64,000 nucleotides of DNA from Octopus sinensis (Eukaryota). Each line of letters begins with the position of its first letter. Position 1 is the stretch's first letter. Below the pieces are notes generated by a model that did no database searches, had not been told where the DNA came from, and saw only the letters and a program-made list of their open reading frames with translations. Made by a program: the position numbers and the translations under genes. The stretch spans positions 119,040,001 through 119,104,000 of the forward strand of contig NC_042997.1 of assembly GCF_006345805.1 (NCBI RefSeq). The letters run 5' to 3'. Of this stretch, positions 52,996 through 64,000 are shown piece by piece.

Positions 52996-53697
52996 CTAAA
53001 ATGGGTTTAAGAAGACGGGTTGATTCGTGGTATTGATACTTGTTGCTTTGGGGATGTGATTGCAACTTCAATCAATAAGACGTGTCTTCATGAATAAGGA
53101 GAGGGAAAAACCTCTTAAACTTTTGAACAAAGCAGCCGGGGCCTTCTTGCATTCTGTTAATTTTTAATCACCTAGATGTTATAGATATTGCAGAATGTAA
53201 AGTAAGTCGCTGTAAATAATTATTCACGTTTTCACTCCTTGAAAAAGTTGCTCTGCATTGGCTCATCAATATACTCTGACATATGGATCATCATAAGCAT
53301 AAAGTTTTACAATTTATAGCATTTGAAATTGCGTAAAGCAAGATAATTTCATAACTCGTAAAAGTCGTACTCATGTACGTAACCGATAACATAAGTTGTT
53401 TCACAGATACAAGCGGGAGTATTGCTGAGGTTGCGCAATCTATGCCAACTAGATATGAACTAATAATGAAGAACTTTGACAGATCAGATCAAGGGAGAAA
53501 TGTCTACAAACTTAGTGTAATATAAACAACAAAGAATACTTAAGCAGAAGAAAAAAATACACTGCCAGTATAAGAGATGCTACTGAAAAATAAAAGACGT
53601 AAATGCACGAGGAAAACTAGATTGCAGAGCCACTTTCTCAGAGCGAGATGTTCAATGTGAAAACGAGGGTAGAATGAAGTAGCTAGGTATATATTTA

Positions 53698-53930
53698 TTT
53701 CTTTACTACTCACAAGGGGCTAAACATAGAGGGGACCAACAAGTACAAACAAACGGATTAAGTCGATTACATCGATCCCAGTGCGTCACTGATACTTAAT
53801 TTATCGACACCGAAAGGATGAAAGGTAAAGTCGACCTCGGCGGAATTTGAACTCAGAACGCAGCGGCGGACGAAATACCACAAAGCATTTCGTCCGGCGT
53901 GTGCTAACGTTTCTGCCAGCTCGCCGCCTT
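53698..53930 (-). mobile_element. SINE family A, full-length monomer
   Basis: Reverse match to 966-1196. Confidence 0.9.
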
Positions 53931-55825
53931 CAGCCAGGTATATGCTGGGAAGATGAAATATGTCGGTGCTAGCCTATTTTGTATTAAAGCGTCAAACATC
54001 AAAAATTGTTGCGCACACCATTGAAAGGGTGAAGCGGTGTCAACATTGGATAACGGGAGGTACATTAGATAGATCTCTTCGATATATTGGAAATAAGTGC
54101 GGAAAATAAATGGCATGTTTCGTTAAAATATTTGATCCACTTAGCGAAATATATCAATTTTGGAATCGATTGTAAGGCAACTCATCAATAAACCGTCAAT
54201 TAAAAATCTCTTTGAAAATAGATCCAAGTAAACATATTTAATGGGTACAGCGAAATATGTACGTACATGCATACATAGGTACATGGTACACATAGACAGA
54301 CACACACACACCTGTAACACACAACCACACATGCATACACACTTTTATCAAAAACGACATCATGCATACACAAACACACACACACATGCGTACTTCTATT
54401 ACAAACAACATCATATTTTCATTCCCTCAATACAATAGCTAAAATGTAAATATAAATTATGTACACGTAGAGAATTTTACTTTAATGTTGCTTAGAAAAT
54501 TTGTAGTTGATTCAAAATTTCAAAAATAAAATTATATATATGTAGATTATAATTATTCCCTTTCCAACGACGTAATTTACTTGCAGTAGCGATAGAAATG
54601 TAGCGATTAATTCCATATCATATGGATCGATTTATATGGTCCAAAAATTGATGACTAAATTCATTTTTCAAAGGAAATCAACTCTATCCATGATTTCTGA
54701 TTATCTATCAAACTGAAAGAAAATCAGTCTTTAATGCGATTATGAAATTATTTTCCCTTTATCAGCTGAAAAAAAAAAAACTCCACCATCTGCGTAACAT
54801 GTCCAAATATCGAAAAATTATTTTATTTTTATAAGCATTTGCGGAATATACACGCAAATGTGTGTGTAATTGTAAAGTATCTTGTGATGAAGATAGTTAT
54901 AAATTAAATCTACTGTAAAACTCATTGATTTTCATCGTCATTGCAGCTGTTACGAATTCGTAATGTATCACAGGGTTGTTACAAAGGATTTAAAACGAAA
55001 TGCAAGCTTCAAATAAAGATAAATGATAAATAAGAAATTTATATCAATTATGAAGAACACTGACACAAACACACAGCCCCGCAAAATACACTCATACATC
55101 AATATGTATGTTGGTATACATGTGCATACATGCATACGCACACACATATATACACACACATGCCCATATATAGACAAAGAGATAAACGGGGGAAAGAGAG
55201 AATGAGAGAGAAAGAAACCAGTCATTTTATTAAATGGTGGTAGAAGTGTAGGAAACAGAAGCTCAAAGTGCACTGGGAGTCTTTTAGATGGCTTATTTGT
55301 AAATGCTGAAGTGATTGAATAGATCCTTCTACTCTTCCCATCATACGAGACATAGAATGCCGCAACTGTCTTGCTTCTGAATGGAGTTAGAAAATATTTT
55401 GTTTGAACATGAAGAATTTTAGTAGAAACAATCGACTCTCGTATTTTATTTTTTTAATACGTCTTGGCTTCTGAGGACGTAAACAAAGCAACATTGGCTG
55501 AAAAACGGTAGTATGAAACAAAAACAGACTTAAGCACACGCGCACTCACTAAAAAGCATATTCTCGCACGCGTAAACACACGCATATTTCACTTTTGGAT
55601 TTGGATTGCAAGATTTTTTATGTGAGTTCGTGTGTTGAAGCATATACTGTTGTGTCTGGGGATAGTCATTCTCTTTTAGCGCCTTGTAATTTAATACATT
55701 CATCAGTAAAATTTCCACTCATTTACTTATTTAAAAAAGTTTTTTGAGCCTTAAACTAATACATGTTTGTTGTTTACACACACGTCTTCGTCTGTTGTTT
55801 TTTTGTAAACTCTCACTATACTATG

Positions 55826-55892
<67 letters not shown>

Positions 55893-56297
55893 CTTTTACT
55901 CTTTTGTTTGTTTCAGTCATTTGACTGCGGTCATGCTGGAGCATCGCCTTTAGTCGAGCAAATCAATCCCAGGACTTATTCTTTTTAAGGTTTTTTTTGC
56001 CGAACGGTTAAGTTACGGGGAGGTAAACACATCAGCATCGGTTGTCAAGCGATGCCGGGGGGACAAACACACACACACACCAACAAACAAACACACACAC
56101 ACACACACATAAATAAATAAATATATATATATATATATATATATACGACGGGCTTCTTTCAGTTTCCGTCTATCAAATCCACTCGCAAGGCTTTTGCCGA
56201 GGATGTAGTAGGAGACAGTTGCCAAAGGTGCCACGCAGTGGTACAGAACCGGAAGCACGTGGTTGGTAAGCAAGCTACTTACCACACAACCACTCCA
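55893..56297 (-). mobile_element. SINE family B
   Basis: Reverse match to 42150-42562. Confidence 0.88.
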
Positions 56298-56647
56298 TAT
56301 ACATAAAAATAGTAAAACTTATGTGTACAGGTAGATGTGAGATAGCTATTGTGGCTGACTTTAGGACTCTGCTTATATTTCCAGCACCCAGTTCACTTTC
56401 AGAATTGACTACAATGGTTAGTAAGACTATTGACTATACTGGCTTTGTGCTAGAATTTGAAACTCATATCCCTGATTAGGGTACCCGGAACATATGTTGA
56501 AAGATAAATAAATTGAGGTTCCCTCGAGAATCTGTTTTAGTTATAGAGCCAATACACTCGCAAAATCCAAAGCAACGGCTTCAAATAGCCAGGATTATGA
56601 AATGTACGTAGGGGGAACACATGGTATTAAACTGTCTATCACAACGT

Positions 56648-56687
<40 letters not shown>

Positions 56688-57009
56688 TAGATAGATAGAT
56701 AGATAGATATGTGCGTGTGTATATATATATATATACGTATACAAACAGAAAGAGAGAGATAGACACCAGTCACACGCTGGTGATATGGACATATCACCAG
56801 CCTCAGTGAAACTGAAATACTGTACATTAAAATATTATAAAGCCTCCGTACAGCTTAAATGAGTATGAAACTTCATTCGAACTATAATTTTGTCTTGCAA
56901 ATAAAATCTGGAAAGGTGTCACCTCATGGATTGTGTCATTGTCGCTTGCTTCTCAAATTAAGAGTAAATGACATCATTCCTTCCGTTTGTTGTTATGGTG
57001 GTCACTCAC

Positions 57010-57225
57010 ACGTATTATAGAGGGAATGATGATGAGAGAAAATACGTCTTGCGTTAGCACAACAATATTTCTCTATGTCGTAAACCGTGAATTATTCTAT
57101 TTGTTTTCCCCCTCAACACCTCTGTTTCCTTCGTTCTCCATATTCCTCTAATTGGAACAATAAAAATGGTGCACCAATAATGTCATAAACAATTCATTGG
57201 CGATCTACTTCTCCATTAATATACT
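57010..57225 (-). other. Candidate non-coding (UTR or lncRNA) exon, 216 nt
   Basis: Acceptor ccgtgtttatcttcag, donor T|gtgagt; early stops in all frames. Confidence 0.35.
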
Positions 57226-57448
57226 CTGAAGATAAACACGGTGCGGCATTCAGTTCGTAGTTTTATGGTGGAACAGTGACACATAAAACACATTAAGGTT
57301 ACAAAGAGCATAGTATCATGAGTTACATATCGTGACAATTTCAAAAAGAAAGGAAACGGAATAAAATATTTCTCTGGTACTTATTTCCCTCGTCTGAATA
57401 ATAGATGAAACAATAACTGCATAAGTCTACCTACATACATACTTACGG

Positions 57449-57730
<282 letters not shown>

Positions 57731-58515
57731 CAGCATATATATATATTCGTAATATTTATAGGGTACCGATTTTTTTTTTAGACATTTCACTACCAGAGGC
57801 CTAGCACGTACAAACAGACAACATATTCTCCATGTATACTTTATTTGCTTATATGTGTTTGAAATCTATGTATGGCAGTAAAAAAAAAACAACGTAAAAG
57901 TTGTTATTTTTCATTCCATTCGACATCGCTCTTAAATATGGTTTTGGTCGTTTTGACTACTTCATCTAGCGTGTAAGGCTGCGTGTTACAGTTCGCCTCT
58001 CTCGTGTTTGTGTTTAAATGTACACTAATTATATACATACATATATATATATATATAAATGCCCGTACGTATGCATCTATAAAGGCATGTGCTTAGAGTG
58101 CGTGCGTATGGTATGGCCTAATATGAACCAATGACTGATTCCAGTTATAGAATGTCAGTAATCAAAAGAAACCTTCGAATTCCTGTATTTCTTATAAATA
58201 TGAAAAATTTAATTTCTTAGTGTTGCCTAGTCTGCAGCCAATTTGCCAATGGCATTACTTATTTGCGCCGGTTTCTTTTGATATATATATCTAATCTAAG
58301 GTAAGCTTATCAAGGTTCAGAAGCTGATCATAAATATATAAATAACATTACATAGAAAATTTCCTTCATGAATTCTCGTTTGATATTTCCAATTAGGATA
58401 ACCGCGGACTGTGTAACATCAATATACACACGCACGCACGCATACACACACACACACACACGTGCGTGTGTGCTAATGTATATATTTATATATTTACATA
58501 GTATATATACATATG

Positions 58516-58559
<44 letters not shown>

Positions 58560-58770
58560 TGAAATAGAAAGATGAATAATCTTATTGCAGATTAATCAAA
58601 AGTTTAACCGATACCTTGGCAGCAAAAATCACAGCAGAAGACAGCACGGTTTGAGGTACAACCATATGGTGTTGCAACCATGCGTTGGTGCGGATAATTG
58701 AATTTTAATATTATTAGTGAATTGAAGAAATGGAGTTGAACGAAGATTGAACAGAAATCGTTTTATTGCA

Positions 58771-58850
58771 TTCTACACGTGTTTCGAAAGCCACAATTTA
58801 CCAAATTCCGATTAAATAAGGAGACCATATTGTGGCTTTCTCTTCAGGAA
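58771..58850 (-). ncRNA. Type I hammerhead ribozyme motif (inverted copy)
   Basis: Reverse complement of 60366-60445. Confidence 0.8.
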
Positions 58851-59154
58851 GAAATAGGAAATCCGTTGGCAAAAACAAAAACAGAACAGAGGCGCAGCAA
58901 AACAAATCGAACGAGGCTCCTAAGAGCCCATGGCCAAACTGTTTAACAATGTATGTTGAAATCGGGTGGTGGGTGCGTTGAAGATTTTAACAGGTCAGGC
59001 AGCGGTCATTCCGGTGGGTGAGAGCACGGGGTGCGTAGATGTTCTTTGTGACCGAGACTAAAGTTCTGACTATTTAAAGAATATTAGGTGTATTATATGG
59101 GGCGGGTCAAAATCTTCTTAGAAACATGTGTGTGTGAACTGTTCTATATGTGCG

Positions 59155-60334
59155 CAGCCGCAAGTTGGTAAGAAGTGCTACACACTGGTCACTGCTGAGA
59201 AATCCGTCAGGAGGTAGAAAATATTTTATGTGTTCGTATGTACGTTTAATCGCGCGGCCGTCAGTTGGTAAACAGCCCTACACAATGGTCACTGCTGAAA
59301 AATCCGTCAGGCGGCAGAAAAATATTTTATGTGTGCGTGTGTTCGTCTAATCATGCCTTGTCAAAGAAACCCCCCGTCGTCAAAACAAAACCCCATTCGT
59401 CTCCTGGGAGTAATTCCCCTTGCAATGGTTAATCATATTTCTCTTAAAAAGCTTTTTCAAAATTTATTTCCAAGGGCTATTTTCATATAAGTAGTGTAAC
59501 CGGGTGCAGGTATTATTTATAAGCGTTATTTATAAGCAAGGTAAGTATAACGCCGCCAATGGGGGTATCGAAAAGCCGACTGTAAAAGTCCGTTTACCAT
59601 CCGGTCTCTGGCGAACAATATATGGAAGAGCTCGGAGACAGAAAGGTTGCACTTCCTTCTGCCCCTATCAAATGGGAGGGCCACCGACAAAATTGAGGCT
59701 CTTAGGAGCCTCGTTCGATTTGTTTTGCTGCGCCTCTGTTCTGTTCAGCCGCAAGTTGGTAAGAAGTGCTACACACTGGTCACTGCTGAGAAATCCGTCA
59801 GGAGGTAGAAAATATTTTATGTGTTCGTATGTACGTTTAATCGCGCGGCCGTCAGTTGGTAAACAGCCCTACACAATGGTCACTGCTGAAAAATCCGTCA
59901 GGCGGCAGAAAAATATTTTATGTGTGCGTGTGTTCGTCTAATCATGCCTTGTCAAAGAAACCCCCCGTCGTCAAAACAAAACCCCATTCGTCTCCTGGGA
60001 GTAATTCCCCTTGCAATGGTTAATCATATTTCTCTTAAAAAGCTTTTTCAAAATTTATTTCCAAGGGCTATTTTCATATAAGTGGTGTAACCGGGTTCAG
60101 GTATTATTTATAAGCGTTATTTATAAGCAAGGTAAGTATAACGCCGCCAATGGGGGTATCGAAAAGCCGACTGTAAAAGTCCGTTTACCATCCGGTCTCT
60201 GGCGAACAATATATGGAAGAGCTCGGAGACACAAAGGTTGCACTTCCTTCTGCCCCTATCAAATGGGAGGGCCACCGACAAAATTGATGCTCTTAGGAGC
60301 CTCGTTCGATTTGTTTTGCTGCGCCTCTGTTCTG
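59155..60334. repeat. Tandem duplication, period 591 bp, with about 100-bp internal sub-repeats
   Basis: cagccgcaagttgg at 59155 and 59746; the units are near-identical. Confidence 0.95.
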
Positions 60335-60365
60335 ATTTTGTTTTTGCCAACGGATTTCCTATTTC

Positions 60366-60445
60366 TTCCTGAAGAGAAAGCCACAATATGGTCTCCTTAT
60401 TTAATCGGAATTTGGTAAATTGTGGCTTTCGAAACACGTGTAGAA
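60366..60445 (+). ncRNA. Type I hammerhead ribozyme motif
   Basis: TTC CTGAAGA GAAAGCCACAAT..ATTGTGGCTTTC GAA ACACGTGT A GAA: perfect 12-bp stem II, palindromic stem III, GUA cleavage after 60442, 3-bp stem I. Confidence 0.85.
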
Positions 60446-60498
60446 TGCAATAAAACGATTTCTGTTCAATCTTCGTTCAACTCCATTTCTTCAATTCA

Positions 60499-60601
<103 letters not shown>

Positions 60602-60602
60602 T

Positions 60603-60995
60603 AGGAGTGGCTCTGTGGTAAGTAGCTTGCTTACCAACTACATTGTTCTGGGTTCAGTCACACTGCGTGGCACCTTGGGCAACTGTCTTCTGCAATAGCT
60701 TCGGCCCGACCAAATCCTTGTAAGTAGATTTGGAAGACGGAAACTAAAAGAAGCCTGTCGTATACATGTATATACATATATATGTATGTGAGCGTATATG
60801 TTTATGAGTCTCCGTTTGTCCTCCCAACATCACTTGACAACCGATGCTGGCGTGTTTATGTCCCGTAACTTAGCGGTTCGGCAAAAGGACCCCATAGAAT
60901 AAGTACTAGGCTTACAGAGAATAAGTCCTGGGGTCGATTTGCTGGATTAAAGGCGGTGCTCCAACATGGCCGCAGCCAAATGACTGAAGCAAGTA
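60603..60995 (+). mobile_element. SINE family B, full length
   Basis: ggagtggctctgtggtaag head through gactgaagcaagtaaa tail. Confidence 0.9.
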
Positions 60996-61032
60996 AATGA
61001 GAATATAAATAAAGAATACACACACACTTATA

Positions 61033-61066
<34 letters not shown>

Positions 61067-61569
61067 AATTGTGTACACATTCATCGTAACTACATGTATG
61101 CATATATATTTATGCATTTTATCGTAGTCTGTTGATATATGTACTTGTGCATGTCTGTGTGTTGTGGTGAGTGCGTTTGTATGTTTGTGTGTATGGGTGT
61201 GTGTGCGCGTTTGCGTGTTGTATATGTGCATGTTACTGTTTGCGCGTATGTACATAAAGTGTGTAGAGCGTATACATGGATGCACACAGTATTTCTAATT
61301 TAAGGATAAGCCTAAAAAAAATTTCACTAGATATTAGTCGTAAGCATGACATCAAATCATCACTTGAGTTATACTTCAATTTTTTCTGTACAAATACACG
61401 AAAGGCAAAGGTTGCATCGGTGAGATATTAAGTCGGAACGTAAATAGCCTAAACGCACAGCACAAGACATTTTTTCCGCCATTCTAAAATTTGGCCGATT
61501 CACCACGCTTTTATGTATGGCTGCACAAACACGTATACACACACGCGCTCGTGCGCGCACATATGTTTA

Positions 61570-61775
61570 TTGTTTTACTCTTTTGCTTCTTTCAGTCATT
61601 TGACTGTGGCCATGATGGAGTACCGCCTTTGGTTGAGCAATTCGACCCCAGGACTTATTCTTTGTAAGCCTAGTACTTATTCTATCGGTCTCTTTTGCCG
61701 AACCGCTATGTTACGGGGACGTAAACACAACACCATCGGTTGTCAAACAACGTTGGGGGGACAAACACAGACACT

Positions 61776-61848
<73 letters not shown>

Positions 61849-62012
61849 CGACGAGCTTCTTTCAGTTTCCGTCTACCAAATCCACTCACATGGCTTTTGT
61901 CGGCCCGTGGCTATAGTAGAAGATACTTGCCCAAAGTGCCACGCAGTGGGACTGAACCCGGAACCATGTGGCTGGTAAGCATGCTACTTATCACACAGCC
62001 ACTCCTACGCCT
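61570..62012 (-). mobile_element. SINE family B, full length
   Basis: Reverse match to 60603-60995. Confidence 0.9.
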
Positions 62013-64000
62013 ATGTATACAAATATAAGCATGTAAGTACCTTATATCTTGTATTCTATGTATTTATCTATCTATCTAACTATCTTTATATATATACGGA
62101 GAAAGGGGTATAATTCAAACATGCGATTTAATGTTCATACTTATAAAGAAATTGAAAAGTAAAGATACGAAAACAATTTTCCGTCAATCTTATTACAGTT
62201 TTCTATATATGTCCACTGGAATTTTTAAAAGTAGTTACTACAAACAATGTTAGTACTTCCATCATATTGCTAAATAAGGTAATAAATACAAATTCGAATA
62301 TTTGTTGACCCAAAATAATATAGATGATATTTATTTTCTCATTAGTTTATAATTCCCGTGTTGCAAATTTGTGTCGCATGTATTAAAATCATATGTGTAA
62401 TAGTAACGAATTATCGATTGTCTGGAGTTTCTGACGCCTTTCCAACTATTACTGAAATCTTTATTCAACTAGGAATCTCAATACAAAATATTATTTATCA
62501 GTATTCTTATCATTATTATATTTTTTCTGAGTTGGTTATACTGGTACCTCACGCTGGTGTACTTGCAATATATTCAGTAATTGAGATTGCTCTATTAGTC
62601 TAATTGCCAAATGTTTAGTAAATTATCTACAAGACTTGTATAATATTCCTTTCGCTGAGATGTACTTGTGAAATTTGTTAAAGTCTAGATTAAACTATTG
62701 ATACATTTATGAGAAAAATTTAATTGCTTGCCAGTATACATTGGTTTTAAGCTCAATGTTATTTTTAGATAAAATTTTAAATTCATGTTAGGTTGTTTGT
62801 TATATTTGTTTAATATTTCGAGATAAATTTATGTAATGCGATTGGTGTACATTACTGACAAGATAACCAAATATGTATTCATGCTAAATCGGAGGTGATA
62901 TGTCGAGAATAAGTAAGAAAACTAGAATAAAATATCTGTAACGAGAAAAAGAAAAGGTAGAAGTCAATAGTTAGTATTATTTCCATTTAAATAGGAAACA
63001 AGAGAGATAACATTAGAAATAACAGCATTCTACTTATTAAATTAATAATGATTAAGTCATTAAATTAAGGTGCAAGATCATATATTTCTTGACGTTGGTA
63101 ACTGAATTGCTTACATATTCTTGTCCGATTGTCACTGATAGTAAGCTACACTATTGGAGGAATTTGAAAGAATTCATGTATAAAAGGGCATAGATTGAAT
63201 CAATGAGCGAGAGAATTCCACTACAATCAGTAGATTATTTGTGTTTTATTGTGCTGCTATTGAATATTCTCAAAATGGCAACTGATAGATAGTTTTTATT
63301 AACACTATATCTTATATGTAACACTATGTGATTCTTAACTATCATGACAAGCCGATTGACTATCTCAAACTCTATTAAGCTCATATTATCGAGGATGGGG
63401 ATTAGAAATTTCTACAAAGCAGTTTTTATCATTACACATGACACATCAAATACGTAAATAATTATCTAGCACGGTGTTTATTTTCAAAGCTATTCCATGT
63501 CATTACTAACACAATGGAATACAACCTAACATTGCTATTTTCTTACCAGCTAAACAGAATAGCTTTCCCCCGCTACAAATAAAGAATAATGGCCCCTGTT
63601 TTGAATGGGATCATGCCTATTGTGGACCAAATAGCATTCCTATAGGGCTAGAGTTCATATAGAATGTATGGAAAAAAACAAGTTATGTTTCTATTTTTAT
63701 GAAGGAAATAATATATTATTAACACCATTCGGAAAAGAGACCGCATTTCACTCCTAGGCTGTAAATCATGTATACCCATATATATCCTTGTTGCTAACGA
63801 TTATATATGGGAAATTTAATATTTAATTATAGGAAAAGCATGTAGTCTGAAAGATTTCCTATGATTCACGAAGAATTCTGCTCAAAAATAAAATACAAAG
63901 CAACAAGTAGGAACGTGTGCTGATATCTGTTTAATCAGATGGTTTAAATCAAGTCAATAACAATAAAAGAATACAAAGATACACAAGACAATGCTGTACA

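Noticed and set aside
58950-59050. Minus-strand TPCSH/RCLTC resembling a PLE Cys linker
   Set aside because: Requires a frameshift and lacks adjoining RT or GIY-YIG sequence.
59150-60437. ORFs of 145, 135 and 106 aa in the tandem unit
   Set aside because: No recognisable domain; unit 1 and unit 2 differ by a stop; they lie in a non-coding repeat.

Overview
AT-rich, repeat-dense eukaryotic DNA, most consistent with an octopus (coleoid) genome; this is inferred from its tRNA-derived SINE families, microsatellite load and retroelement mix. No complete host protein-coding gene, rRNA, true tRNA or CRISPR array is recognisable, and most ORFs in the track are microsatellite artefacts. The window holds five tRNA-headed SINE families, Penelope-like elements (PLEs) with GIY-YIG endonuclease, R4/Dong-type, RTE and CR1-like LINE fragments (some nested, with TSDs), a mariner relic, a possible Helentron-type element, a 100-N gap, and minus-strand exon candidates for one long spliced transcript. 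The most interesting signal is six hammerhead-ribozyme (HHR) motifs in five elements, each about 50-90 nt from an element 3' end that usually abuts (TA)n. They include (i) a tRNA-promoter SINE fused through an (AAT)n linker to an HHR tail, a candidate PLE-mobilised SINE; (ii) two PLE HHRs sharing a covarying U3-A8 catalytic core; and (iii) a non-coding 1.8-kb element with 216-bp inverted ends, each carrying an HHR. A young PLE also carries six GACGTCA-N12-CCAAT modules with invariant spacing. SINE family labels A-E are my own, and SINE/LINE boundaries are approximate.
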